A stretch of DNA of 63,865 nucleotides, counting the filler, from Hausera hauseri (lineage: Eukaryota): the NCBI GenBank assembly GCA_046269625.1. It is 11 parts of 11 records of this genome, joined end to end, with 100 filler letters (N's around TTAATTAATTAA, not from the genome) between each part and the next. Parts side by side here need not be neighbours in the genome. Positions count along the whole stretch, not along the records: positions 33,392 to 38,411 come from JBJURY010359487.1; positions 38,512 to 47,934 come from JBJURY010381035.1; positions 48,035 to 52,239 come from JBJURY010702216.1; 8 more parts are not named here. The stretch is one strand, 5' to 3'. The notes beneath the pieces were generated by a model. That model was not told the origin of the DNA. It made no database searches and saw only the letters and a program-made list of their open reading frames with translations. The position numbers and the translations under genes are program-made. This document shows, in pieces, positions 36,190 through 49,396 of the stretch. The number at the start of each line of letters is the position of its first letter. Position 1 is the stretch's first letter.

Positions 36190-38016
36190 TTTTTACCCGA
36201 CATCATCGGATGTAGTGGATTTGTAAAATCAGACGTAAAAAATTTTTTATTCCAAAAATTATCAGCACAACTGACGTATTCCGATGGAACGTTAAATTAT
36301 GTTACCGACGTCTCAGCAAACGGTACACTTTCATTTCCAATGTACAACAACGGTAATTTTATTTTCGGCCATGTTTTTCCAAGTAATTATTCGGTTCATT
36401 TTAAATCGGAAACGCACGATGGAAAGGAAATTGAATTGCTTGATACTGTTTACGACTTGAGGGTGTTTAATGATAACATCATTATTAAGGATTCTTTTAT
36501 AATTCGAGGCTATCCGGTATTTGGTGACGTAAAATTTCAATCAGATCGCGTTCAAGATGTTTACACATATTTATTTGCCAGACATTAAAAGAAAGAAATT
36601 TGACTATGACAAATATCGATGTTTACAATCGGAAAGTGTCGACATTTCTGTTTATAGTTATGATTACATTTGTAAAACGGTAATAAATCTAAATGGCGAA
36701 TTCATGTTTCCACTGTTACCCGGTGAAAAATATTTCATTTTGTCTGTTTATTCAACAAATCTGTCATCATTCGACATTGAATCGACGAAACATGAATTCG
36801 AAATCACGAGCAATTCCACTGATCTCAGATCGGTATTTACCGTTACAGGATATTCCGTTTATGGAAAGCCAATTACAAACGAGTCAATTCCAATGCGGAA
36901 ATTTACATCAATGGAAATCTCGTGACGAAAACATCCAACCCTGGAATGTTTGACATTTGCGGTATGAAGAAAGGTAATCACGAATTTCTCGTTGTTGTTG
37001 ATCGGTACATTTTTAACACACTGACAATGTCTTTTGATCCGAGAGATCCAGATTTAGGATCATTCTATCCTGACAAAATTGCCATTTGTGAATCAGTCAT
37101 TATTCATTCTGCACAGTCCAACATAAAATTATTTGGTGATGAATTTAACGGACTAAAATTGTCCATTGCCATTGTCAACAGTAGCAAACCATTTAGTCTG
37201 ACAGCTTTAAAGTTAAAATCAAGTAAGAAAATAAAATTCGATAATAAAAATACCATTTTGGATCAATTCTGTTTCTATACAGAACAAGGCCATAGTTTAA
37301 TTCGATCATTGGCGGATTCGTCATTCGGCAATTTTAATTTGGCCCCAAGTAAAATGCCGATAAGTAAAAATGACGATAGCTCAAAAATGTTCATTGATTC
37401 ATTACAAATCCACAGAAGATTATCGAAAATCTGTTTACCGAATGTCGGTAAATATGAACTGAAAATCGAGACGTGTCAACTAGTTGATAATGATATTCAA
37501 TTTGTCGATACGATCGAATTGTGTCCGTATCAATTTGATTATAATAATGGCGAATGTCATTTGAAAATTAATAATAAACAATTTCATGTGCGAGTCGATT
37601 TGACATTCGTCGGTAATTCGTCAGTGAGTGATATGGAGAAATCGGATATCTGAGGATTGGTACGAATTGGTGAATTGGATCCTGTGGAAATTAATGTTGA
37701 ATGGATGACGAATTTGACAGGTCAATTCCAATTCTGGATATTTCCGAATATTCCGGCAGAAATTTCGTTGAAGTCGTCGATATTTTTATTTACACCAAAT
37801 AAATTACCATTTGATGTTGCTGTGGATACGATAAAATGTATATCGGTTGGTGGTAAATTTGTATTGGAGAAGGGGTCATTTATTGAAGGATATATTGAAC
37901 AACGTGTGGAAAATGTTACTATCGACGTTTGTAGGAAGTCTCATTTTAATGATTATATTTGTATCGTTATGAAATTGCACCAAGAACAATTGGAATACGT
38001 TCTTCAAGGCAAATAG
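36190..38016 (+). pseudogene. NOMO: Divergent Nodal modulator (NOMO)-like copy, frameshifted and internally deleted
   Basis: DIIGCSGFVKSDV...GTLNYVTD...FPMYNNGNF resembles NOMO1 VVGCGGFVKSDV...GTLKYQTD...IPLYDKGDF; NGEFMFPLLPG...VFTVTGYSVYGK resembles DGSFSFYSLPSG...VFHVMGFSVTGR (recalled sequence). Confidence 0.8.
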
Positions 38017-38039
38017 TCTATTAATACTCTTTCCAGCCA

Positions 38040-38345
38040 CTATTAAATCACTGCTCCCAAATCTTTACGAAATCTTCCAAATCGCAGATCCATACGAAAC
38101 ACTATTTAACGCCGTTCTTAAACTCACTGAGCCTTCTCTGAATAACATTATCCAAAAATATTTCAATGATAATTTGACAGGAAACCAGAAACCCTCAGAA
38201 ATTTTACAAACATCTTTAACCCAATTAAACAAGTTAGGGGTAAACCAGACAAACAATACCGACTTATTGCGTATATATTTCCTTCAATAATTACCGAAAG
38301 AAATACGCGCTTTACTAACCGTAGTCGAAGATACCGCTGTTAGAA
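38040..38345 (+). mobile_element. Gag fragment of the Ubl-Gag family
   Basis: DPYETLFNAVLKLTEPSLNNIIQKYFND...GNQKPSE...NNTDLLRIYFL aligns with 20890-21160. Confidence 0.85.
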
Positions 38346-38714
38346 AAGACCATAAAAATTTCAAATTTTTTCGAGGAAATACATTTTTGGTAAGTTGAGC
38401 TAGCCAAAAAANNNNNNNNNNNNNNNNNNNNNNNNNNNNNNNNNNNNNNNNNNNNTTAATTAATTAANNNNNNNNNNNNNNNNNNNNNNNNNNNNNNNNN
38501 NNNNNNNNNNNCCTATGTGTTTTCCTGTTTCCCCAAGGCCGTATCCGAAGTCAGTTCTGTTATCCGAAATGATCACTTCTGTGGCAGATTATTATTATTA
38601 TTATTTTTTTTTTGCCAACTCAAGTTTAATCTTCCGCGGCTTGAAACCGGCAAAAGTGTCTAGTGGTGATCCTAGCGGTGTTATATTTATAACCCACACA
38701 CTAATATATGAAAA

Positions 38715-38855
38715 GGGCTGTAGTCGTAAGAAGGACTCTGGAGTATTTGTGTTGAGCATTCCTGCTGTCCCAGTGAAGTCTAGTAGTATGGACCGGGGTC
38801 CTCCAGGCTTTAGTGCACTGCTTTGCCTCCTAGTAGTGATCCACATCTCAACATG
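38715..38855 (-). repeat. Interspersed repeat, also at about 46768-46870 (+) and 62030-62200 (-)
   Basis: Shared blocks GGACAGCAGGAATGCTCAACACAA, CCTCCAGGCTT and GGGCTCAT...GCTGATGCT. Confidence 0.65.
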
Positions 38856-40022
38856 ACGATACTTCCAACGTTGGTCAGAATTGCTTCTGTTTCCAGAGTG
38901 CACTACGAGGAAGTGTTGAAAGGTCTTGGCCAGTATGTTGGTTCCTGGCCCTGACTAACATCGTGAAGCGATCTCAAGTCTCAGCGTCCCATCTGATCAT
39001 TAGAAGTTGTCCCCTTCTGACGCGTGCCTATAAAAATTACATTTTGCATTCATTTGAGCATTTACAACGTGTTAGATCATAAACAGTGTTTTCTTGTTGT
39101 TACTAGAGGATGGCGTACAACACCCCGAGAGAGGTTTCCTAGTCGTGCCAGAATCTGTAACTGCGCCTGGAAGAAGCTTCTCAACTCAATGGCGCAACAT
39201 GGATCGCGGACTTGCCGCCTGTTGAAGCACGGGGACTTTTCTATAACCCAGGTAAACGGGTAAATGGTTAAACTGCTGTCCATCATTATCGTGTTCTTAC
39301 ATGTCTGTAAACACACATCATGATTATAATGCCGGCTTGTCAATTTCCTTAAAAAAGAATCATACTAATTTTGTTTTGTTTTATCTTACCTGTTTCACAT
39401 AGCACCTTTTTTATTTTCACATTATAAGGGTCTCAGTGGTCTTAACAAAGGGCGGATGTCTTATTACAGCCAAGATCCTCCAGAATACAGGAAAGTGAAA
39501 CACGTGGATATAAACTTTTATACGAAGATGTTGACTCTTTCACTAAACTAAACATTACTGCAAAAGGCATCGCTTGTCGTATATGTCAGTTGGGTGAATT
39601 CCCTGTTTTACCTTTTCGAGGGCATAACTTATCGTGTCATTTGGGTGTATTTCACATTTTTCCTTTTCGATGTCATAACTTATCACGTCAGTTGGATATT
39701 TTCTGTATGTTTCCTTTTCAAGTGCACGATCTATCTTATATCAGTTAGATATTTTTTTTTCCTTTTCAAGAGCATCACATGCCATGCCAATTTGATGTTT
39801 TCCGAAGGCCACACTTAATCTGACATCTCACATAGACGTTATTTATAATTTTCTTGTGCTTCTTTTTACTGTTGCTTTCCTCGTGTGTTTTCCTTTAGAG
39901 TTCATGAAACCAAATATTTGTTGCCTCCGTAAATTTCGATGTCTGCTCGCGTTGTCCATACCCATATCCATATAAAAGTGACGGTAAAGAAAAAAAATGT
40001 GAAAGTTTCCAATTCATGTTTA

Positions 40023-41056
40023 GAGGTGTATAGGGAAAGATTGAGTTAGTTCTAAAGTTTTTCCCCTTGCCTAAAGTCACATTTTTACGTTATGTTTCTA
40101 TAAAACTAGGCTGTAATTACTTTCCCACAGAAATCCTCTGGTACGCATTTTTGAGGCCTCAGGAGCCATTTAGATTTTTTAAAAATAATCAAGCTCGCCA
40201 TGCTGGCATTAAACCCACGACGACCTCATCACCAACTTCTAATTTACTGTGACTCCAAATGAGGTAAAAAATTCAAGGACAACTTTTTAGGAATTTACTA
40301 TTCCGTTTACTCTAAATTATTACATATGTGTTTTATTTGTTGGCTTAAAAAGAAAATCTATTTCTTGCCTCTGTAATGTTTCTTTTTATTATGTTATCCG
40401 TTGCCGTTGGCTGATTCTCATGCTATATTCTGTGATTTAGCTGGAAAGGATAAGAATAGATCTGTGAAACGTAAGCCCTACGATACTGTCACTTCAGGTG
40501 TTTAATGGAGGGTTCGACACCCGATTGTGAATTGATGACTGTGGTATAAAAAAAACAGTTCAGAAAAGAATTCAGCCGAAAGTGAGATGAGATTGTGAAA
40601 ATCATTTAGATTTAGCTGTTTGTGAATTTTTTTGTTAGCTTCAGACAGAAGGTCGAAGTCGAGAGGTCGGATCGATTTTGAGATTGTCGGAGTTGGTTAA
40701 AAAATATTCCGTTAACAAATTTTGGGAAGTGCTCTATTTTTTAAAATGAATTGTTCTTTTTTATTTTTGAAAACTTGCGCTTGGGACGCCTGCCCCTAGC
40801 CTTGTCTATTTGCTAATGAACTTACCTTACATGTTGTGTGCTTGCAGTCAATACAATACATGTATAATTAGAATATGTATAAGGTATTTAGGTGCCGCGG
40901 CAAAACAGCTCCAGGGGCCCAGACAGCCTCACAAATTAGTACCGGAGAAATTCTCTGGGAAAGTAAAGGCTGCCTGGCATTATGCTTACAACATAACGCA
41001 AGTGCCGGTGTCAGGGAAAAATGTAGGCGCTAACTCTACATTCCCCTACACACCTG
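40023..41056. mobile_element. Putative Tc1/mariner-type MITE with degenerate ~45-bp TIRs and TA flanks
   Basis: TA|GAGGTGTATAGGGAAAGATTGAGTTAG...CTAACTCTACATTCCCCTACACACCTG|TA. Confidence 0.55.
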
Positions 41057-41799
41057 TATGTAGTCCTGAAATTGACCCAATTATAATGTATTTTTCTAGT
41101 ATATAGATGTATAAACAGAAAAGATGGAGCCAGTGTTGGAAATGGTGGAAAGAAAGGAGACGGGGGTCAAGGATTTTGCACTAACTCAGCCTTGGCCACA
41201 GATGTGATACGATATAAGACACGAATCGATGCATTTAACATGAATGGGAAGGTGTAACACCAATAATACATTGTAAACTTTTTAAAATAAAATTTCAGCT
41301 CCCCAGACAGGCAAGAGATTAGGAGCAGGCAAAGAAAACATGGACACATCACTGACATAGCTGTCATCATCACCAAGATTTCATATCAACAGTCTTTTAA
41401 AGTCATCACTCTGTGGCGAGAGGACACGTTGTAGACTGCATTGGTGGAGATGTAAAAACACGATAATGCGGTGTTTTGTCATGGTTATTTTTTCAACACC
41501 TTTTTATTTCATCAGCCCATGCCTTGTAATTTTCCACAGTATTCTTAGTGATTAAACTGTACATGATTGTTCATTCTTGTTGTTGAGTTTATTCTTGTCA
41601 GTAAATTTATGTCAAGACTGATATGCCTCTTGTACAGAAAGTTTGTGCCCAGATCTGTGACTGTAGATCTTGTTATACTGTTTATTTCCTATTATTTTTC
41701 CATCTACTACAGCTGTTTCTCCAGTTTTATTAGGCAATTTATAAATGGACTTTAATTCTGAAAACGGACTTCCCCTTTGCAAGTTTGATATTTGTATTT

Positions 41800-42395
41800 G
41801 AGTTAGTCATCTAACTGCGTGCGTATAAATATGAACTTACATGTTTTACGGACATTCTGTAACAAGCAGTGCAGTTGCTACCAGTTTTTTTGGCTTCCTC
41901 AGTTCATGAACTCTGTGTAATTTACTTATGTCACATTCCTTGTGTGTTATAGATGACTTCAGATTGTGTATTTCTGTCTTAAAATGGTTGCTAAACTGTT
42001 CTGCTGTAATAGAGCATTTATTTGGTATTGTCTGTTTTTGTTTTATGTGTCAGTGTATTTATGGCTTTCCACATACTCTTGCTGTTTCTTTTATCGTGCA
42101 CCATCTTTGTAAAGTGCAGTTTCTTTTCCTGATGTATAAGATATTGTACCTTATTTCGCAACGTTCTGCACCATGTGAAGTCCTTCTGTTTGTGAGCCTT
42201 ATCTCTTTCCCTCATGGCTTCGAGTACCTCACTTGTGATCCATGGCGACTTTTGGGCATTTTTAACAAGCACTTGTTTTTGTGGAACGTGTTTGTCAAAA
42301 ATTGATTTAAAAGTTTGAATCCAGTAAGTTAAGGCCTCATCAGGATCTGGGAGCTGGTATACAAACGAGATAGGAGTACTTTGAAAGTCATTTAA
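41800..42395 (-). mobile_element. CR1/L2-group LINE ORF2 fragment (endonuclease-RT linker)
   Basis: SPWITSEVLEAMRERDKAHK...YLIHQEKKLHF...NSKSMWKAINTL is typical of this linker. Confidence 0.75.
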
Positions 42396-42619
42396 GAATT
42401 ATGGTAGGCTTAACTTTTTGAAGCTTCACGGTAGCATGCGTCATAAGTTAGTGTGGGACACGGTAACTGGCATGGTAAGATAGTGTGGGACACCGTAGCA
42501 TGCGTGTCTTGTCTTGTGATAAAACCCAGAAGAATTGAAAATGTTCGAACCGTTTACCACATAGGCTGTTCCTAAGATGTGACAAGAAAAAAATTTCGGA
42601 AACTTATTTCTGAATATAA

Positions 42620-44040
42620 AAGTTGCCGACATAAAAATTTGTTAACATGAAAACAATTTTGCCTATAAAAAGTCGATGTCATGAAAAATTACCTACATGA
42701 AAAGTTGATGACATGAAAATCTGCCAAAACGAAAAATAATCAACATGAAAAATTGCTGAAAAAAAGTTTCCAACATGAAAAGTTGTCGACACAAAAAGTT
42801 TCCATTATAAAATGTTATCGACATGAAAAGTTGTCATGAAAAATTACCAACATGAAAAGTTGTTGTCATGAAAAATTGTCAACATGAAAAGTTGATGTCA
42901 TGAAAAGTTGCCAATATGAAAAGTTGTCGACATGAAAAGATGCCAAAGTGAAATGTCGACCTGAACAGATGCCAATATGAAAAAATGACCGACATGGAAA
43001 GTTGCCGACATAAAAAATTGGTAACATGAAAAGTTGATGTCACGAAAAATTATCATCACGAAACGTCAGCAAGAAAAATTGCAACAAGTAAAATTGTCGA
43101 AATGAAACAAATGCTAACATGAGAAGTAGCTGACATGACAAGTTACAAAAATAAAAAAATTGCCAACATGAAAAGTTTCAAATATGAAATGTTGTCGACA
43201 TGAACATTTGTCGACATGAAAAAATGGACGATGTGAAAAGTTGTCGATATTAAATATGACAGATATAATAAGTTATCGACATGAAAAATATGGCTGACAC
43301 AAAAAAATTGATAACTGACATGACAAAAAATGGCTGACATGTAAAGTTATCCACATGGAAAGAAAAATGGCCGACATGACCAAAAAATATGGCCGTAATA
43401 AAAAGCTTTCGATGTTAAAAAACGACCCAAATGACAAAAAAAAATCAGACATTACAAATGGCTGACATGAATAATTGTCAACATGGAAATAAAGTGCCAT
43501 CATGAAAAAAATGTCCGACATAAAAACATGACCAACATGACAAAAAATGGCGGACATGAAGTTATCGACATAAAGAAAAGACGATATAAAAATGGCCGTC
43601 ATGACAAAAAATGGCTGACAAAAAGTTATCGACATGAAACAATGGCCGACATGATAAAAAGAAAAAAAATGGCCAACATGGCAAAACATGTCTGACGTAA
43701 AAAGTTATCGATATGAAAGAAAAATAGCCGAAATGACAAATAGAAACAAAATGGCCGATATAAATTTCTGAAATGAAAAGTTATCGACATAAAAGAAAAT
43801 TGACATATGAAAATATGGCCGACAAGACAAAAGAAATGTCTAATATGAAGTTATCGATATGAAAAAGTGGCCGACACAACAAAAAACTTGGCCGATATGC
43901 CCAATAGAATGGTCGACCTGACAAGTTATCGACATTAAAAAATGGTGGACATGAAAAAATGGAGGACATGATACAAATTGTCCGACATGACCAAAAAATG
44001 GCCGACATGAAAAGTTATGACCTGAAAAATGGTTGACATA
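42620..44040. repeat. Degenerate ~20-bp minisatellite (AAAAGTTGTCGACATG / AAAATGGCCGACATG)
   Basis: Dozens of diverged GACATGAAAA-core units in one orientation. Confidence 0.9.
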
Positions 44041-44049
44041 AAAATAATG

Positions 44050-44470
44050 ATGCTTATAAAAACCTGAAGACTAACACCTAATAACGTTGCTATTTTCCCC
44101 TTCCTTATGCATCAGGTACATGATGATGCCTAATATCCGTAGCAAAACTACTAGTTTCCCCTTTATTATACGACCAACAGGGTACTATATGATGCCTAAT
44201 ATCCCTAACAATCCCTCTCCCTTATACGACAGGACACGTGATGATGCTGACTAATGCCCTAACAACAGGCAATATGATGATGATGATTAACCTGACAATA
44301 CTGATAACTGCCCCTTCCTTATACGACAAAGCAAATGCTGCTGATGACTAACCTAACACCACAGCTATCTCCCTTCCTTATACAGGCAAGCACCTGATGA
44401 TGACTAATATCCCTAACAACACTGATAACTTCCCCCGTCCTTATATGACAGGTACATAATGATACCCAAA
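44050..44470. repeat. Degenerate ~60-bp tandem repeat
   Basis: CCCCTTCCTTATACGAC...ATGATGATGCCTAATATCCCTAACAAC recurs about 6 times. Confidence 0.75.
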
Positions 44471-45444
44471 GACATATACAACAACCACACCTCACCACAC
44501 AACACCCACTGTCTGAACTAACAGAGCAAAAAAAAAAAAAAAATCAATAACCCTCGTAATTGTCACACTGAACTCGCATGCAACAGCTGGCGTCCATGAA
44601 GTGTGTGTAAAAAATGTCTTTACAAAACAGGAGTCCAAATATTCTTCGAAAAAATGGGCGAGTGCTGCCGCCAAAATCTGGGGGAGGGGGGGGGAGGCAG
44701 CCCATGCTAACATCCCCATGCTTTTCCATCCCATTCAATCCTCCAGTATAGCAACCACCGAGGGGCAAACAGCTGATGACACCTCAACATCACGATGATG
44801 CTCCTCCTCAATGATACTCCTCCGGACTCCCTCTATAATCTACTGTTTTCTAACACTACAGTCCTGCAAAACATAAGAAACCCATCTCTGAGGATACGGT
44901 GATGACTGCTAAATTCTATATCTACAACTCTACCAAGACATCAGTGCGAAGAAGAAGAAAAACCAACCTAGACATGGGGGTGTTGGAAGATCTTGGTTAC
45001 TAATGACTGTGGATCAGAGACAATTACTTACACAAAAATTGAATTACATCATTAAAAAAATAGTGAGGTTGCATAAAAGTCATAACCTTAAAAGACGACA
45101 TCTGTCCGTACCCAACCCAAGTATTTCCTTATATTCGTTTGCACCACCCTGCTCCATCGTATTTTGCTATATGGGCTATATTAACATTTCCATTGGTTCC
45201 CTTGCTCCCCCACACCCGCCCAATAATTTTTAATTAACAACACAAAAATTGTAATTACATCATCAAACATTTTTTAAATGCTGACGTTGCATAAAAACAC
45301 CTTACTATCCTCATCAATGATGAGTATTGTCTCCCCTTAATATTTTGCTATATGGGTTATATTAGCTCCTCACTGTTAATTAACTTCTATATGAGCCATT
45401 GCTCCTCACCTTGAAATACTACCTGTTTTGTAATTAGTATACTA

Positions 45445-46000
45445 CTGAGGGGGCGGGAGCACTTATCGAAACCAGCAACTGATAAAACTAGCAATACTGT
45501 CATGTCAGCATACAAACCGAAAAACAGTAATAACTACAATTCCGAAGTCAGAGCAATTATTGTGGCAGCTGAGAAACTCTCAAGATCTAAGTTTCGCTCT
45601 CATCCTGTAGTATTTCTCACAGATGCAAAATCGACCTTAGAAGCCCTTGAAAGTAGAAAAATGACAGAGCTACAAGACACACTGGCCAAAATTAGCAGTC
45701 ATCAACGAAAAACTATACAATGGATCCCATCCCACTGTGAAATTCCAGGAAATGAGAAAGCTGATACTCTGGCCAAAGGCGGTACTCTAATGAATGGAGA
45801 GGTGGAGCAACCAAACATCCCAATAACGTATGATAAAGATACACAAGAAATCACCTTCAGAATTGCCAGGTGCCTATCATATGTTGGATAGAAATGAACA
45901 AGTCACAATATTTCGCCATAGAACAGGACACAACTGACTCCGGAGATACATGTACACACAAAAAGAAGAATATGCATTGGCGGAACGCCTATGTTCACAG
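45445..46000 (+). mobile_element. I/Nimb-group LINE 3' fragment with RNase H
   Basis: SNNYNSEVRAI, VVFLTDAKSTLEAL, IQWIPSHCEIPGNEKADTLAK, followed by RTGHNRLRRYM. Confidence 0.85.
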
Positions 46001-46548
46001 TGTTACCAATGCTTACAAATTGAAAAAAAAAATGGAATATTATATTTATTGGAAAATTTAAAAAACGAAATTTAAAAATCGTGTAAGCAACGAGAATCTT
46101 ACAACCAGTAGCTCTTCATTGTAAAAAGGAAAAAAAGCAATGCTGTTACAACTTTCTGCATCGCCCCCAAACCCAACGTTAGCACGCTAACATGACCCTA
46201 GGGGGAACGGCTGGGTATTATTGTGCTGATCGGTTACATTCGTGACGTATATCTTTTGAAGTTTACAGCAGATGGTCCATTCTAATGTTAGCAACTAGAG
46301 AATTGCTGACGGGTCACCAAGTTCAGACAAATGGGTGTGTGCTTAGCATTCTTGTCGCGTTTTAAAATTATTTTGAGGGGAAAGTGTTGTTTCTATACGG
46401 CTCCATAGTCCATAAGAGTTACGCTGTCATTATTTTCTTCAAGAATTTTAGACCAGACGAGTACAGAGGTAAACTATTTCTTAATTTGGGTAATATAATT
46501 AAATAATTTCAAATCCTGGTGAAAGCATTGGGAATTTGTTATTCCGTT

Positions 46549-46612
46549 TGCCTCGAGTGCTAGAGGTACGGAGTTCGAATCCCGGTCGAATCACTTGGGA
46601 TATTTTCTCCTG
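46549..46612 (+). mobile_element. tRNA-derived SINE fragment (second copy at about 47208-47290)
   Basis: B-box GTTCGAATCCC / GTTCAAATCC followed by a shared CACTTGGGAT..TTTTCTCC; no full cloverleaf. Confidence 0.6.
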
Positions 46613-48065
46613 GATCTTCTCAACCCTGGTTAAATAAAGATCTTATCTATCTTATCTTATCCAGTAAAAACTTTCCTTAATGCCTTAATCTATGGGTAAG
46701 CAGTAGTGAGTAGTGACATTGGACAAATAATATAATGTGCTAACACTTCGAAAAATTCCACGCTCCACCACTGGACAGAAGGAATGCTCAACACAACTAC
46801 TCATGAGTCAGTCTTATGACTACAGTCCTTATCAGGGCTCATCCAGAAGAGCTGATGCTCGGCGATGAGATCAAACAAGAACAACAACATTGAACGAAAG
46901 AAGTAACAACCGATCCCAGAGGGTAGTTTTGAACGTTGCTCATATTCAGTGTTAGCTCCCCTGATTCTCAAAGTATTACCTAATCATATACTAATGGTCA
47001 ATAAAAAGACATGTCTGAAAACATCAACAGGAAGCTGGCAACTGGGAGTCATGACTCGTACCCGGTCCCGTTAATCGTTAAGAACGGAGGTCCAAGATAC
47101 TTGTCCAAAGAGGGTATGCTATTGAAGGTCAGATGCTGCTACCTCGCTCCCTCCTGATGCTAGAAAGTTATTGTAACGGTTTCGGCCTTTATTAAACAGG
47201 GCTAAGTGGTCTCGAGGTAAGTCGACTTTTTTGAGTCCTAGAGGTTCAGGGTTCAAATCCTGGCGGAAGCACTTGGGATTTTTCTCCCGGATTTTCTAGT
47301 AAAAAAATTACTTTGATCTCCAGGTAGTGAGACCGGACGTCCGTGTACATTGTCATGCACGTTAAAAATGTCTTGGCAGTTGGAAATCGAAAAAAAGTCG
47401 GAGCGAACAAAATTACAGCAAAAATCTGCCCAAGCTACAGGCTCCTCACTGGTGCAGGGGGTACATGCACTGAGCTGAGATCCCCCAAAATAGAGGAGAA
47501 AAGAACGTTTATGGATTCTATCCGCATGTTGTTGACCCTTGACCCTTACTAAACTAAACCACTTGTGCATGTATCAGTAAACCAGAACGTGAATGGTGTA
47601 TCCGTGAATGCAGCTGTATGGTGTCACCACAGCACAATATCTCAGCAGCTGTAACTCGCATCTGACACAGAAACATAAAGAGTATTCTCCCGTTAAGACG
47701 GCAAGTACAGCACAGCCACATCCAGTACATCTCAAAAGTAAACGGCAGCCACAATGTCCCTTCAATAACGCATTAGTAGGTGAGGGTTTGTTCGCGTGGG
47801 GTCTCTCATCAATTTCCCTGTTTGGAAACTATTGTTGTTGACGAACCACTTAAGCCGCGAGTGTTAACTCTTTGCATCCGCATCATTCGATTCTCAAGAC
47901 ACTGGGGCCGTGATTATGGAATTTACCTGCTCCTNNNNNNNNNNNNNNNNNNNNNNNNNNNNNNNNNNNNNNNNNNNNTTAATTAATTAANNNNNNNNNN
48001 NNNNNNNNNNNNNNNNNNNNNNNNNNNNNNNNNNTACGTGTAATTTTAATATTGGTATAAGAATA

Positions 48066-48541
48066 ATGATAATGAATGATGTAAAGATTATCTTAACAGA
48101 CGAAAATGCCTCTGTACCGAGACGTGTTACAGCAAATAGTTCAGGCTACGATATGTTTTCCAATGCCAATACGACAATTGGATTCGATTGGCGATTCCAC
48201 CCGGTTAATACGGCTAACTTTTATCGAAAAGCGGACTGGCAAAGCTCGGGTTGACGGTTGTGGGTGGTGTCATTGATTCAGATTTTTGTGGTGAAATTAA
48301 GGTGTTGCTGGAAAACCAATTCGAGGAACCGTATGCTTTTTCGAAAGGCAGTGCAATCGCACAAATTGTTTTTCTTCGGTGTGAAGAAGCGGAATTCAGC
48401 GTAATGTCACCGGAACAATGGAGATTGTTTTGTGTCAGTGAAGCAACAACAACACGAAATGAACGCAAAGAATTTGGCTTTGGTGATATGGACAAAACCA
48501 CCATATGTTTAGTGATTTGTGATGATAAAAATAATAGTTAG
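48066..48541 (+). pseudogene. dut: Trimeric dUTPase (frameshifted)
   Basis: SSGYDMFS (motif 1), KSGLA (2), GGVIDSDFCGEIKVLL (3), AIAQIVF (4), ERKEFGFG (degenerate 5). Confidence 0.9.
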
Positions 48542-48578
48542 TTGTTTTGTTTGTTATATACAAAAATTATGTTAAGTA

Positions 48579-49070
48579 ATGGCGACAACATTTATAGATA
48601 TTGAAGCTTCCCAAGATGATAATTCCCGGTACCTGATAAAGGAATTATACGTTATGGACGTCGGTAACATTTTCAAACCGCTTGTTTACGTATTCAAGCT
48701 CGGCGTTATGTGGAATGACCTGACGGAAAAAGCGAAATTTACAAACGGATTTCTTTTTCGACATCTTAATGGACTTTATTGGTGTGAAGGCGATTCAATT
48801 TTCTGTGTGACGTGTATTATGGGAGAGATTTGTTACCGTTATGACATTGAAAATACAATATTTTACATTAACGATCAAATTGACGGACAAAAGTTTACAC
48901 AACTCCATTCACAGTTTCCCGAGTTGCGAATGACGACGTATTCAACATCGAACAGCTGGCTGGCGATGGTACCTGACAATATTAGATGTCCGTGTCGTGA
49001 TCATGGACCGCATTATGCGTACAAAAATGTCTTCGGCTTTGTATTGACTATATTTGATGCAAATAAATAA
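48579..49070 (+). CDS. Polinton-associated DEDD/DnaQ-like protein
   Basis: Intact 163-aa ORF with FIDIE...YLIKEL...W..L......N..L...LNGLYWCEG and a C-terminal CPCRDH, resembling small DnaQ-fold ORFs found next to pPolB. Confidence 0.55.
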   Translation: MATTFIDIEASQDDNSRYLIKELYVMDVGNIFKPLVYVFKLGVMWNDLTEKAKFTNGFLFRHLNGLYWCEGDSIFCVTCIMGEICYRYDIENTIFYINDQIDGQKFTQLHSQFPELRMTTYSTSNSWLAMVPDNIRCPCRDHGPHYAYKNVFGFVLTIFDANK

Positions 49071-49396
49071 ATGTGTTCCTGTTTCCTTTTTTTCTTTCCG
49101 TAAATAAGGTACGTCGTATTGGTCAGTTGAATAATTCAAAAACTATAAATGCGGGTAAGTTATAGTAATAATAATAATCATCATGGAAATAGTTAATTAA
49201 TTGAAACAATTGCAAAATTTTGATGGATTATCAATTTCGGACTTGATACGATGGTGGCAAGTACTTTATAGTAATCTGGTTGCGAGAGCAGCGGGTGATT
49301 TTGGATTTAAAGAAGATTTAGCGTCAATAGCATTGATGACAGCAAAGCATTGTAGCTCCATAGAAAATCTAATCATTGTGTTAAATTAAATGTACA

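Noticed and set aside
36559-36581. 23-nt GT-AG mini-intron explaining the NOMO frameshift
   Set aside because: Removing it gives the wrong frame and deletes residues that align with NOMO.
42620-44040. CRISPR-like array; Cys/Met/Phe-rich ORFs
   Set aside because: The units are degenerate with no unique spacers and no cas genes, in a eukaryotic context; the ORFs are repeat artefacts.
46549-46612. tRNA gene
   Set aside because: Only a B-box/T-arm is present; a SINE explains it better.
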